Part shown: one piece after another, positions 1 through 9,064 of the stretch
Layout of the letters: each line of letters starts with the position of its first letter
Numbering within the stretch: the stretch's first letter is position 1
Source: Phycisphaeraceae bacterium
GTDB taxonomy: Bacteria; Planctomycetota; Phycisphaerae; Phycisphaerales; Zrk34
NCBI GenBank assembly: GCA_040905565.1
Contig: JBBDRF010000060.1
Coordinates: forward strand, 1-25,360
Length of the DNA: 25,360 bases
Reading direction: 5' to 3'
Notes under the pieces: generated by a model
The model's input: the letters and a program-made list of their open reading frames with translations, nothing else
What the model was told of the DNA's origin: nothing
The model's database searches: none
Made by a program: the position numbers and the translations under genes

Positions 1-52
1 CCCCCCGCGGCTAGGTTCGTGGGGAAGGTATGCGCGGGCGTCGGTCGCGTCC

Positions 53-81
53 GTGAACGGAAATGAGGGGGCCGCTATACT
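53..81 (+). promoter_or_regulatory. Putative sigma70 promoter of leuS (GTGAAC-N17-TATACT)
   Basis: TATACT at 76-81 with a weak -35 at 53-58. The ATG at 90 follows after 8 nt with no SD sequence. Confidence 0.55.
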
Positions 82-89
82 GGGCGGAT

Positions 90-2906
90 ATGAGTGGATA
101 CGACTTTAAAAACATCGAGCAGCACTGGCAAAGCTACTGGGATCGTCACAAAACCTTCCGGGCAATCTCGCCCAGGGAGGAAGGTTTCGACCCTGAAAAG
201 CCCAAGTTTTACGTGCTGGATATGTTCCCCTACCCCTCCGGCGTGGGGCTGCATGTCGGGCACCCGCTGGGGTACATCGCCACCGATATCTACTCACGTT
301 ACAAACGCATGCGCGGGTTCAACGTGCTGCATCCGATGGGCTTCGATGCGTTCGGCCTGCCCGCTGAGCAGTTCGCCGTCGAGCACGGCGTGCATCCCCG
401 CATCACCACCGAGAAGAACATCCAGAACATGGTGCGGCAGCTCAAACGCCTCGGCCTCAGCTACGACTGGGACCGGGCCGTCGCGACGACCGATGTCGAG
501 TACTACAAGTGGACGCAGTGGATCTTCCTTCAGCTATTCAACAGCTGGTTTGATCCGGCGGAGAACCGCGCCCGCCCCATCGCGGAACTCGTGCAGTTGC
601 TCGAAGCGGAGGAGCTTTACGTCGATTTCAACGGCGAGCTGGTGAACAACCCCGCTGAGGGCCTCGAGGGCATTCAGGGCGACCCGATCGGCGTTCGGAA
701 ATGGTACGAGCTTGACCGGACGGAGCGGCAGGAGCTGCTGGACAGCTATCGGCTGGCCTACATTGCCGAGGTGCCGGTGAACTGGTGCCCCGCGCTCGGC
801 ACGGTGCTGGCGAACGAAGAAGTCACCAACGACGGCCGCAGCGAACGCGGCAACCACCCCGTCTACCAACGCCCTCTCAAGCAGTGGATGCTGCGCATCA
901 CATCGTATGCTGAGCGGCTGGGCGACGATCTTGAACTGGTGGAATGGCCCGAGCCGATCAAGCTGATGCAGCGGAACTGGATCGGCCGAAGCGAAGGGGC
1001 GCTTGTCGAGTTTCCGCTGGAAGGCGACGAGGCCGACTCGCTCATCTCCGTCTTCACCACGCGGCCGGACACGCTGTTCGGGGCCACCTACATGGTGCTT
1101 GCCCCGGAACATCCGCTGGTGGAACAGATCACCACCGTGGAGCAGCGCGGCCCGGTGCGCCAGTACCAACAGCAAGCGGCCAAGCGCACCGACATGGAAC
1201 GCCAGGCGGAAGGCAAGACCAAGACCGGCGTCTTCACCGGGGCGTATGCGATCAACCCCGTGAACCAGGAACGCGTGCCGATCTGGATCGCCGATTACGT
1301 GCTCATCACCTACGGCACGGGGGCGATCATGGCGGTGCCGGGCCATGATCATCGTGACTTCGAGTTCGCCAAGCAGTTCGATCTGCCGATTCACCGTGTG
1401 GTGGCACCGAGCGAGGAAGCGGCCGACGAACCGCTCGATGAAGCATTCGCAGCAACGGGCGTCAGCGTCAACTCCGCCCACGGTGATCTTGATCTCAACG
1501 GGCTGCCGACTGATGAAGCGAAGCGCGTCATCACCGACTGGCTGGAGGAGAACGGTCAGGGCCGAGCGAAGGTGCAGTACAAACTGCGGGACTGGCTGTT
1601 CAGCCGCCAGCGGTACTGGGGCGAACCGTTCCCGATCCTGCACGGCCCGGACGGCGAGATTGTGCCGGTCAGCGAGGATGAGCTTCCCGTTGAGCTGCCG
1701 GAGATGGAAGACTTTCGGCCGCATGGCAGTGACGATCCGGACGCCCCCCCCAAGCCGCCTCTCGGTAGAGCGCCTGAATCGTGGCGGGTCGTTGAGCGCG
1801 ACGGCGTACGGTATGAGCGAGAGCTGAACACGATGCCCCAGTGGGCCGGTTCGTGCTGGTATTACCTGCGATTCTGCGATCCGCGGAACGAGGACCGCTT
1901 TGTTGATCCCAAGGCTGAGCAGCACTGGATGGTCAGCAACAACGCGAAGGGCCAGCCGCACCACGGCGGGGTCGACCTGTACGTCGGCGGAGCGGAGCAT
2001 GCCGTGCTCCATCTGCTCTACGCGCGTTTCTGGCACAAGGTGCTTCACGACCTGGGCCATATCAGCACGCCCGAGCCGTTCGGTCGCCTGTTCAATCAGG
2101 GGTACATCCAGGCGTACGCCTACCAGGATGAGCGCGGCATGTACGTCGATGCGACCAAGATCGAGGAGACCGACGGGCAGTACTTCTATGAAGGCAAGCC
2201 CGTCACGCGCACGCTGGGGAAGATGGGCAAAAGTCTGAAAAACGCGATCAGTCCCGACGAAATGTGCGACAAGTACGGCTGCGATACGCTGCGGCTGTAC
2301 GAGATGTACATGGGTCCGCTTGAGGCGAGCAAGCCTTGGGAGACGCGCGACATTGTCGGGCTGCACCGGTTCCTGCAGAAGGTCTGGCGGAACTTCGTCA
2401 CGGAAGACGGCAACATCAAAGTTGTCGAAACGCCGGCCGACGAAACGCTCAAGCGGGCGCTGCATCGGACGATCAAGCGGGTGAGCGACGACGTGGAGCG
2501 GCTTTCATTCAACACCGCGATTGCGGGGCTGATTGAGCTGAACAAGCAGTTGACGCCGCTGGAGACGGTGCCGCGGGAAGTGGCTCAGCCGTTGGTGTTG
2601 ATGCTTTCGCCGCTGGCGCCGCACATTGCGGCAGAGTTGTGGCGGCGGATGAACTGCGAGACGGAGATCGCGCACGAGGATTGGCCGAGCTACGACCCGG
2701 CGATGCTGGTGGAGGACGAGATCGAGATCGCGGTGCAGGTGATGGGCAAGCTGCGGGCACGTTTGAAGGTGCCCGCCGATGCGGACGAAGAGACGATCAA
2801 AGCGATGGCGATGAGTGAGGAAACCGTAGCCCAGCAGCTGGAAGGCAAGACAGTGCGGAAGGTGATTTTCGTCCCGAAGAAGCTGGTGAACATCGTCGCG
2901 AACTGA
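90..2906 (+). CDS. leuS: Leucine--tRNA ligase
   Basis: FYVLDMFPYPSG, HVGH (HIGH-like) and KMGKS (KMSKS-like) motifs, editing-domain FTTRPDT and GTGAIMAVPGHD, C-terminal KLVNIV. Start placed at ATG 90 (MSGYDF) rather than 63. Confidence 0.97.
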   Translation: MSGYDFKNIEQHWQSYWDRHKTFRAISPREEGFDPEKPKFYVLDMFPYPSGVGLHVGHPLGYIATDIYSRYKRMRGFNVLHPMGFDAFGLPAEQFAVEHGVHPRITTEKNIQNMVRQLKRLGLSYDWDRAVATTDVEYYKWTQWIFLQLFNSWFDPAENRARPIAELVQLLEAEELYVDFNGELVNNPAEGLEGIQGDPIGVRKWYELDRTERQELLDSYRLAYIAEVPVNWCPALGTVLANEEVTNDGRSERGNHPVYQRPLKQWMLRITSYAERLGDDLELVEWPEPIKLMQRNWIGRSEGALVEFPLEGDEADSLISVFTTRPDTLFGATYMVLAPEHPLVEQITTVEQRGPVRQYQQQAAKRTDMERQAEGKTKTGVFTGAYAINPVNQERVPIWIADYVLITYGTGAIMAVPGHDHRDFEFAKQFDLPIHRVVAPSEEAADEPLDEAFAATGVSVNSAHGDLDLNGLPTDEAKRVITDWLEENGQGRAKVQYKLRDWLFSRQRYWGEPFPILHGPDGEIVPVSEDELPVELPEMEDFRPHGSDDPDAPPKPPLGRAPESWRVVERDGVRYERELNTMPQWAGSCWYYLRFCDPRNEDRFVDPKAEQHWMVSNNAKGQPHHGGVDLYVGGAEHAVLHLLYARFWHKVLHDLGHISTPEPFGRLFNQGYIQAYAYQDERGMYVDATKIEETDGQYFYEGKPVTRTLGKMGKSLKNAISPDEMCDKYGCDTLRLYEMYMGPLEASKPWETRDIVGLHRFLQKVWRNFVTEDGNIKVVETPADETLKRALHRTIKRVSDDVERLSFNTAIAGLIELNKQLTPLETVPREVAQPLVLMLSPLAPHIAAELWRRMNCETEIAHEDWPSYDPAMLVEDEIEIAVQVMGKLRARLKVPADADEETIKAMAMSEETVAQQLEGKTVRKVIFVPKKLVNIVAN

Positions 2907-2929
2907 GGGGATGGTTGGGGCGACAACGC

Positions 2930-2997
2930 TTCGCCGCCTCGCGGGGAGAAGGCACCCCCGCGTGAGTTTGGCGAAACACCCACGGCGGCACGCCGTG
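2930..2997. repeat. Two hairpins between convergent leuS and RND genes (possible terminator/REP-like palindrome)
   Basis: TTCGCC(2930-35)/GGCGAA(2970-75) encloses CGCGGGG/CCCCGCG. A second hairpin is CACGGCG-GCA-CGCCGTG (2981-2997). There is no clear U-tract. Confidence 0.45.
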
Positions 2998-3001
2998 AGC
3001 T

Positions 3002-6000
3002 TTACAGCGCTGGGTGTTCGACGACTTCCTCACGGCCGAAGAGCCGGAAGAGGATGGCGCGGAGGTCGAAGACGACCGAGAGCATGAGCGGGACGAGGAC
3101 GAGCGTGAAGATCGCCGCCACGATGAGCCCGCCGATGACGACCGAGCCGAGCCCGCGGTAGAGTTCCGTGCCTGCACCGGGCAGGATGACCAGCGGCAGC
3201 ATGCCGCCGACACTGGTGCACATGGCCATGAGGATCGGCCTGACGCGGCTGCGGACGGCTTCGACGATCGCGAGGCGGGGAGAGAGCTGCTCTACCACCT
3301 CGTCGCCGATCTGCACCTCGGCACCGCCCCGCATGAGGTTCAGCGACTGATGCACGAGCAGAATCGCGTTGTTCACGACGATGCCGATGAGGATGACGAA
3401 CCCGAGCATAGTCAGGACGTCCAGCTGTTGCGAGGGGACGAAGTAGTTCACGATCGCGAGCCCCGCGAAGCCGCCGACCGTGGCGAGGGGCACGCTGAAC
3501 ATGATCACCAGCGGATAGAAGAAGCTCTCGAACAGAGCCGCCATCAGCAGAAAGACGACGACCAGCGCCAGGAAAAGGCTGCTCACCAGCAGCGAGCCGT
3601 CTTCAAAGCTGAAGCCTTGCCATTCGCCAAGCAGTTCGCGCTGAACGGCACTAAGGCGTGCGGCGGAGCCGGCGAGGGTGGTCACCACGGTGGAGGGGAT
3701 CACGCCCTCGGCCCGCAGTTGATCGAGTTGCCCGTTAATGTCGGCGACGGCGGCTTCGAGTGCGAGGCCGTCGGGGAGAGTGATCGAGAGGGTGACGGCC
3801 CGCTGCTGGCCGACGCGCTGAATTTCCTGCGGGGCGACGGTGCGCTCGATGGAGGCGACGGAGGAAAGCGGAACCACGCGCCCGATGGGCGTGGCGATGG
3901 GATAGTCGGCCAGCGCGGTGGCGTCGCCGCTTGCCACGCCGTTGGGCCGAACCTTCAGGTCGATGGTCTCGCCTTCGGAGAGGAAGTCGCCGATGATCGC
4001 ACCATCGCCGAAGATCTGCACCGAGAGGTTCACATCGTCCTGAAGCAGCCCGACGTCGCCGGCGCGGACCGCATCGCGCACGACGCGGACTTCCGGGCCG
4101 GGCAAGTCGAAGTTGGTCGGATTCGCCTGGACAGCACCAAAGCCGAACTCGCCTCGCAGCTGGTCACGCAGATGCATGGCGACGGCGGAGACTTCTTCCA
4201 GATCGGCGCCGGTAATCTCCAGCTCCATGGCATTGCCCGCACCGCGGCCGGAGGTCTGGAACAGCGGCATCTGGGTGGCGAAGCCGGCGATGGCGGGCTG
4301 CTGCATCAGCGTGTGGTTGAGCATCGCCTGGACCGGGGGCACGTTGGCGTCGTCGTTGCTGGTGCCGCCCATGAACATCATCTGAGGCGTGGCGACGAAG
4401 AAGAAGTTATTCATGCCCGGCACGTTCACCTCGCCTCGTTGCGTTTGAAGCGGCAGCGTCGCGCCCGGGCCCTCCTGTTCGTGAAGCTCCCAGTACGGCC
4501 GAACGCTTTCCTCAATGTTCCGCCCGATCTGCACTTTCTGCTCGAGGTTGTAAGCCGGCGGTGTGTTGATCATGCCGAACACGAGGTTGCGGTTGCCCTG
4601 CGGTAGATAGTCCGAGGCAGGCACCAGCAGCACGGCCCCGACGATCGCCACGCCGGTCATGATGATGATGATGGCAAGACGCAGCACCCACGTCTGGGCC
4701 ACCTTATCGATGAACGACCCGAACCCCCAGACGAGCATCGCGGGAAGACGCACGATGGTGCGCAGCACGCGCCGCATTCGCCCAGGTTCGGCAGTTTGCG
4801 TCTGCTGAGCGTTCGATGCGTTCGGCTTCTGCTTCATCGGTTTGAGCCAGCGCGAAGCCGCTGAGGGAATGACGGTGATGGCCACGAGCAAACTGAGCGA
4901 AACGGCGGCGCAGATCGCGAGGGCGATGTCGCGGAACAGCTGGCCGGCCTCCTCCTCAATGAGCAAAATCGGGATGAACACCGAAATCGTCGTGAGCGTG
5001 GAGGCGAGAATCGCGCCCCACACTTCCTGTGTCGCTTTGTAGGCGGCCACGGCGGGCTTCTCCCCGAGCCCGATGTGCCGGTCGATGTTTTCCAGCACCA
5101 CAATCGCATTGTCGACCACCAGCCCGACGGCGAAAGCCAGGCCTGCGAGGCTGATCACGTTCAGCGTTCGGCCCATCGCGGCCATGACGACAAAGGTGCC
5201 GATGACGGACGTGGGAATCGCCAGCGCGATGATCGCCGTGGCCCGCATACTGCGCAGGAAGGTCAGCAGCACGACGACGGCGATGCTGCCGCCGAAGAGG
5301 ATGTTCTGCTGCACGAGCTCGACCGAATCGTTGATGTAGACGGTCTGATCGTAGACCTGTTCGAGTTGGATGCCGCCTTCGATGCCCAGCCGCTCGGCCT
5401 CAGCGGGAAGCAGCGTATCTTCGACCCACGCCAGTCGCTCGCGGAACTGCTCCATCACGGCGATGACGTTGGAGCCCACCTCGCGCTGGGCGTTCATCGC
5501 CAGCACGACCTGCCCCTTGTTCCGCACGGTGCGCAGCGGCTTCTTGAACCCGATGCTCACGTCGGCGACATCCTTGACGCGAACGATCGACTCACCGGGC
5601 GAGCTGATGAGCGTGGACTCGATCTGTTCCATGGTGTCATAACGACCGACCGAGCGTACGCGGATGTCGAGCTTGCCTTCGACCAGTTCGCCGGCCGAGG
5701 CGTCACGGTTCTGCGTCTGCAATGCCGCTGCGAACTGAGAGGGCGAGATGCTGTGCTGGGCCATGCGGTTCGGATCGATGCTGACATGCACTTCGCGTTC
5801 GAAGCCGCCGAGCACGTTCACTTCCGCCACGCCGGGCACGCGATCAAGCTCAGGCTTCACGCGATCATCAAAAAAGTCCTGGAGGAAGCGGACGTCGAAG
5901 TTCGGATCGTCCACACGGATGATGATCCATGTGATGTAATCGCGATCGGAGGGGTTGGTCGCCCGCACGACCGGCTCATCGACATTCTGCGGATAGCTGG

Positions 6001-6346
6001 GCACTTCGCGGAGCTTGTCAGAGACCTCGCGCAGCGCCAGTTCCTTCGGCACGCCCTGGTCGAACTCGAGCGTGATTTCCCCTTGGCCCAGCCGGGCGGT
6101 GCTGAGCATCTTGCGCAGACCGGTCACGCTGCGCAGGAACTTCTCCTGCTCAATGATGATGTCTTTTTCGATCTCATCCGGGCTGGCCCCTTCCCATCGC
6201 GTGTCGACGGAGATGACGGTCTGCTCGATGTTCGGCGTCATCTGAATGGGGATCATGCCGAGACTGATAAGCCCGAAAAGCACGATCAGGATAACCGCCA
6301 CCGTGATGGTGATCGGGCGATTAATGGCGAAGCGGATGAGGTCCAT
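3002..6346 (-). CDS. RND efflux transporter permease (AcrB/AcrD/AcrF family)
   Basis: 1114 aa with N-terminal FAINRP, GLVVDNAIVVLENI in the TM4 region, GIVVNNAILLV and RVRPILM motifs, and two large periplasmic loops. Confidence 0.95.
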   Translation of the reverse strand: MDLIRFAINRPITITVAVILIVLFGLISLGMIPIQMTPNIEQTVISVDTRWEGASPDEIEKDIIIEQEKFLRSVTGLRKMLSTARLGQGEITLEFDQGVPKELALREVSDKLREVPSYPQNVDEPVVRATNPSDRDYITWIIIRVDDPNFDVRFLQDFFDDRVKPELDRVPGVAEVNVLGGFEREVHVSIDPNRMAQHSISPSQFAAALQTQNRDASAGELVEGKLDIRVRSVGRYDTMEQIESTLISSPGESIVRVKDVADVSIGFKKPLRTVRNKGQVVLAMNAQREVGSNVIAVMEQFRERLAWVEDTLLPAEAERLGIEGGIQLEQVYDQTVYINDSVELVQQNILFGGSIAVVVLLTFLRSMRATAIIALAIPTSVIGTFVVMAAMGRTLNVISLAGLAFAVGLVVDNAIVVLENIDRHIGLGEKPAVAAYKATQEVWGAILASTLTTISVFIPILLIEEEAGQLFRDIALAICAAVSLSLLVAITVIPSAASRWLKPMKQKPNASNAQQTQTAEPGRMRRVLRTIVRLPAMLVWGFGSFIDKVAQTWVLRLAIIIIMTGVAIVGAVLLVPASDYLPQGNRNLVFGMINTPPAYNLEQKVQIGRNIEESVRPYWELHEQEGPGATLPLQTQRGEVNVPGMNNFFFVATPQMMFMGGTSNDDANVPPVQAMLNHTLMQQPAIAGFATQMPLFQTSGRGAGNAMELEITGADLEEVSAVAMHLRDQLRGEFGFGAVQANPTNFDLPGPEVRVVRDAVRAGDVGLLQDDVNLSVQIFGDGAIIGDFLSEGETIDLKVRPNGVASGDATALADYPIATPIGRVVPLSSVASIERTVAPQEIQRVGQQRAVTLSITLPDGLALEAAVADINGQLDQLRAEGVIPSTVVTTLAGSAARLSAVQRELLGEWQGFSFEDGSLLVSSLFLALVVVFLLMAALFESFFYPLVIMFSVPLATVGGFAGLAIVNYFVPSQQLDVLTMLGFVILIGIVVNNAILLVHQSLNLMRGGAEVQIGDEVVEQLSPRLAIVEAVRSRVRPILMAMCTSVGGMLPLVILPGAGTELYRGLGSVVIGGLIVAAIFTLVLVPLMLSVVFDLRAILFRLFGREEVVEHPAL

Positions 6347-6434
6347 GGAAAGCGTCCACGTCTAGAGTCTGAGCCTGCGGCATCGGCGATGGCAGTGCGG
6401 CTCGTCCGAATAAATGAAGCGGTGTCGGCGGCCG

Positions 6435-7631
6435 TTAAAGGTCGGCTGCGTTGTCGTCGGAAGCTTCCGCGGTGCCCGACGGATCTTCCGCAGGATCTTC
6501 AACGATGCGTAGGGGCTGGCCCGGGGCGAGGCGTTCGTTACCCTGCACCACAACCTGCTCGCCGTCCTGAAGTGACGTCTCATCGAGCACGAACCTGTCG
6601 CCGCTGCCGAACTGCACACGCACAGGCACGGCCGCTGCGACGCCGTTGCGATTGACAAAGACCACGGTGCCGGAGGGCGTGGTCTGCACCGCATCCCGCG
6701 GAACGGTCATCGCCTGCATCGGTTCGCCGGTGGGCAATTGCGAACGCACGCTCATGCCGGGCTTGATGCGGCCGTCGGGATTGGGCAGGTGCACCATCAC
6801 CGTGAAATTACGCGAACGTTGGTCTGCGTCGGGCACGATGCTGAAGAGCTTGGCGTGCATGGTTTCGTTGAGCGCTTCGATCTGCAGCGGCAGCAGTTCG
6901 TCGTGGGGAATTCGTGCGATCATGGACTCGGGGACCTGCAGCCGAACCTTGACGATGTTCAACTCAACGATCTCAGCGACGGCTTCACCGGCTGCGACCC
7001 ACTGGCCGACCTCGGTCTGCTTTCGCACGACGTATGCATCGAACGGGGCGATGATGCGTGATTTTTCCAGGCGCTGCTCCAGCCTCGCCAGTTCGCTTCG
7101 GTAACGCTGAAGGGTGGCCTCAGCCGCCCGGCGTCGTGCCATGTCGCCGGACTGTCGATCGATCGCGTCCTCGAGTTCCTTCTTACGGGCGACGTTCTGC
7201 TCGTAAAGCTGCTCCGTGCGTTCGCGCTCACGGGTTGAAAGCTTCAAAACGGCGTCGGCCTCCTCGACCGAAGCCTCGGCTCGGCGAATGGTCGACTCGG
7301 CGGCGTCGATGTCCAGCTCGAGGAGAATGGTGTCGACGCTGGTGAGCACCTCGCCCTTCTTCACGGCGATGCCCGGGTCGGGCGGCGAAGTGAGCACGCG
7401 GCCGGGCTCCTCGGCGGCGATGCTCGAACGGCGGCCTGGCTCGACCTGACCGACGATCAATCGCCGTTGCCGCACCTCCTGCAGTTCAGCTTCGCCGACG
7501 CGCACCAGCGCCGGGGGCGGTCCACCTTCCTGCGCGTGCGCAAAGGGGACAAGCAAGGCGGCATATAACGCGATCGCCGCGAGCGGGAAAAACTTCGGCC
7601 GTAGCCGGGCATTAACAGGGGGAGTATTCAT
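6435..7631 (-). CDS. RND efflux membrane fusion protein (periplasmic adaptor)
   Basis: N-terminal hydrophobic segment, alpha-helical hairpin, IIAPFDAYV lipoyl half-motif, IKPGMSV and VPRDAV. Lies directly upstream of the RND gene. Start at ATG 7631 preferred over GTG 7670. Confidence 0.92.
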   Translation of the reverse strand: MNTPPVNARLRPKFFPLAAIALYAALLVPFAHAQEGGPPPALVRVGEAELQEVRQRRLIVGQVEPGRRSSIAAEEPGRVLTSPPDPGIAVKKGEVLTSVDTILLELDIDAAESTIRRAEASVEEADAVLKLSTRERERTEQLYEQNVARKKELEDAIDRQSGDMARRRAAEATLQRYRSELARLEQRLEKSRIIAPFDAYVVRKQTEVGQWVAAGEAVAEIVELNIVKVRLQVPESMIARIPHDELLPLQIEALNETMHAKLFSIVPDADQRSRNFTVMVHLPNPDGRIKPGMSVRSQLPTGEPMQAMTVPRDAVQTTPSGTVVFVNRNGVAAAVPVRVQFGSGDRFVLDETSLQDGEQVVVQGNERLAPGQPLRIVEDPAEDPSGTAEASDDNAADL

Positions 7632-7815
7632 CGCATCACCGTAGGGGTGTTCTGGGGGAGCGTTCCACAAGGCCCGACGATCTTCCGCGGGAGCGGCGAT
7701 GCGGCAGGGGCCGGGGGGGTGGGTTTATGCCGATCAGGCAACGGGGTGAAATTTTTTTGCTTAGGGCGTTTGCGTCCGCCGCGATTATATCCGTCATTAG
7801 GGTCAGCCGACAACG

Positions 7816-7992
7816 GAGTCAGCTGGAAACCTGATTGAAAACGAAATTTGCAGGTAAGCAAAGCAAAGTTCGCCCCTCTTGATGACGATCAGAAAGCAGC
7901 GACTCAACACGGTAATGCGGGTGCGAGTGTTTCGCACAAGAACATAAGTGGCCGGAATGTTACCGGCCAAAACCAGTTAATCCCTAAAGGGA
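7816..7992 (+). promoter_or_regulatory. Structured 5' leader of the major pilin gene (candidate cis-regulatory RNA)
   Basis: Six pairings: GAGTCaGCTG/CAGCGACTC, ACCTG/CAGGT, TCtTGAT/ATCAGA, GTGCGA/TCGCAC, TGGCCGG/CCGGCCA, and TCCCT/AGGGA overlapping the SD. Confidence 0.4.
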
Positions 7993-8001
7993 GCAATCGT
8001 C

Positions 8002-8511
8002 ATGGTAAACCGTACGCGTCAGGCTGGCTTCACGCTGGTCGAAATTCTCATCGTGGTCGTGATCCTCGGCATTCTCGCCGCGATCGTGATCCCCCAGTTC
8101 ACCAGTGCCAGCGAATCGGCGAAAGCCAGCTCGCTGACCTCACAGCTCCAAACGATCCGTTCGCAGCTGCAGCTGTACCAGATCCAGCACAACGGCAGCT
8201 ATCCCACGATCGCTGATCTTCAGGCGAACGACAACGCCTGGGATCCGATGGTCCAGCCTCACACCTACGACGGCACGACCAACACGTACCCGACCGATCC
8301 GGCAGACGCCAACCTCGGCCCGTACCTCCAGCAGCCGCCCAAGAACGCGTTCACCAACTCCACCAGCGTCGTCGCCACGGCAGAGGCTGATGCAGGCTGG
8401 GAATACGACGAAACCACAGGCCAGGTGAAGGCGGTTCTGCCCGCCGGTGCCGACCCCGCCGAGCTCGGCCTCAGCGAGAGCGACTACGTCCACCTGGGTG
8501 GCGGCGGTTAA
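8002..8511 (+). CDS. Type IV pilin / GspG-like major (pseudo)pilin
   Basis: Class III signal peptide RTRQAG|FTLVEILIVVVILGILAAIVIPQF with G-1, F+1 and E+5. SD AAGGGAG upstream. Followed by its own terminator. Confidence 0.93.
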   Translation: MVNRTRQAGFTLVEILIVVVILGILAAIVIPQFTSASESAKASSLTSQLQTIRSQLQLYQIQHNGSYPTIADLQANDNAWDPMVQPHTYDGTTNTYPTDPADANLGPYLQQPPKNAFTNSTSVVATAEADAGWEYDETTGQVKAVLPAGADPAELGLSESDYVHLGGGG

Positions 8512-8533
8512 TCAATCCCTGACCCACTCACCC

Positions 8534-8568
8534 AAGTCACCTCGGCCTACCGGTCGGGGTGGCTTTTT
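8534..8568 (+). terminator. Intrinsic terminator after pilin
   Basis: Stem GTCACCTCGGCC/GGTCGGGGTGGC (with G-U pairs), loop TACC, then TTTTT. Confidence 0.85.
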
Positions 8569-8625
8569 CGATGCGGCCCTGCCCCCGGGCCACCGACAGA
8601 CAACCCGCAGAAGTGCCGACACACT

Positions 8626-8652
8626 TCAGTCGGCTTTGCCTTCTGCCGATGC
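8626..8652 (+). promoter_or_regulatory. Putative sigma28 (FliA)-like promoter
   Basis: TCAG-N15-GCCGATGC compared with consensus TAAA-N15-GCCGATAA. Lies just after the terminator and before the gene at 8712. Confidence 0.5.
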
Positions 8653-8711
8653 GTATGAATAGAGATAACCCCGTCAACCGAGCGGTCACCGGCCGCTTCA
8701 GGAGACTCCCG

Positions 8712-8966
8712 ATGAACGCGTTGCGATACCTGAACACGATTCTGACCGTCCTCGCCCTGCTTCTTTCGCTGAACCTGTGGACCGCCTGGTCGACCTCGCC
8801 ATCGTTCACCCCCTCGGCGAACGCACAGGGCGTGGGCATCCCCGACGCCGGCGCCCAGCGCAAGCAGATGGTCGACCTGCTCAAGACAATCGTGGTGCAG
8901 ACCGACGAGACGAACAAGCTGCTGGAGTCCGGCGAGCTCCACGTCCGCGTGACGGTGGCCGAGTAA
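8712..8966 (+). CDS. Small membrane-anchored/exported hypothetical protein (84 aa)
   Basis: SD CAGGAGA before ATG 8712, N-terminal hydrophobic helix, IPDAGAQR followed by an amphipathic helix, GC3-rich codon usage. Confidence 0.8.
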   Translation: MNALRYLNTILTVLALLLSLNLWTAWSTSPSFTPSANAQGVGIPDAGAQRKQMVDLLKTIVVQTDETNKLLESGELHVRVTVAE

Positions 8967-9064
8967 TTTCAGTGCATTACACACGCCCACAAGCACGAGC
9001 CGCGACGCTGAGGAAGCGATCGCGGCGCCGCCTTTCCGCGTCGTCGCTGACGCACGATACGACG

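Noticed and set aside
1..89. T-box or other leader for leuS
   Set aside because: No T-box motif is visible, and the -10 box directly before the ATG leaves no room for a leader.
534..2465. Long antisense ORFs (643 aa here; also 3014-4606, 5075-6655, 13453-14586, 20739-22547)
   Set aside because: These are shadow ORFs opposite well-supported genes, as expected from high-GC codon bias, and carry no recognisable motifs.
7821..7905. Canonical c-di-GMP-I or c-di-GMP-II riboswitch call
   Set aside because: It lacks the GNRA loop/receptor of class I and the GGGCAC/GTGCAACC pseudoknot of class II. Kept only as an unclassified structured leader.
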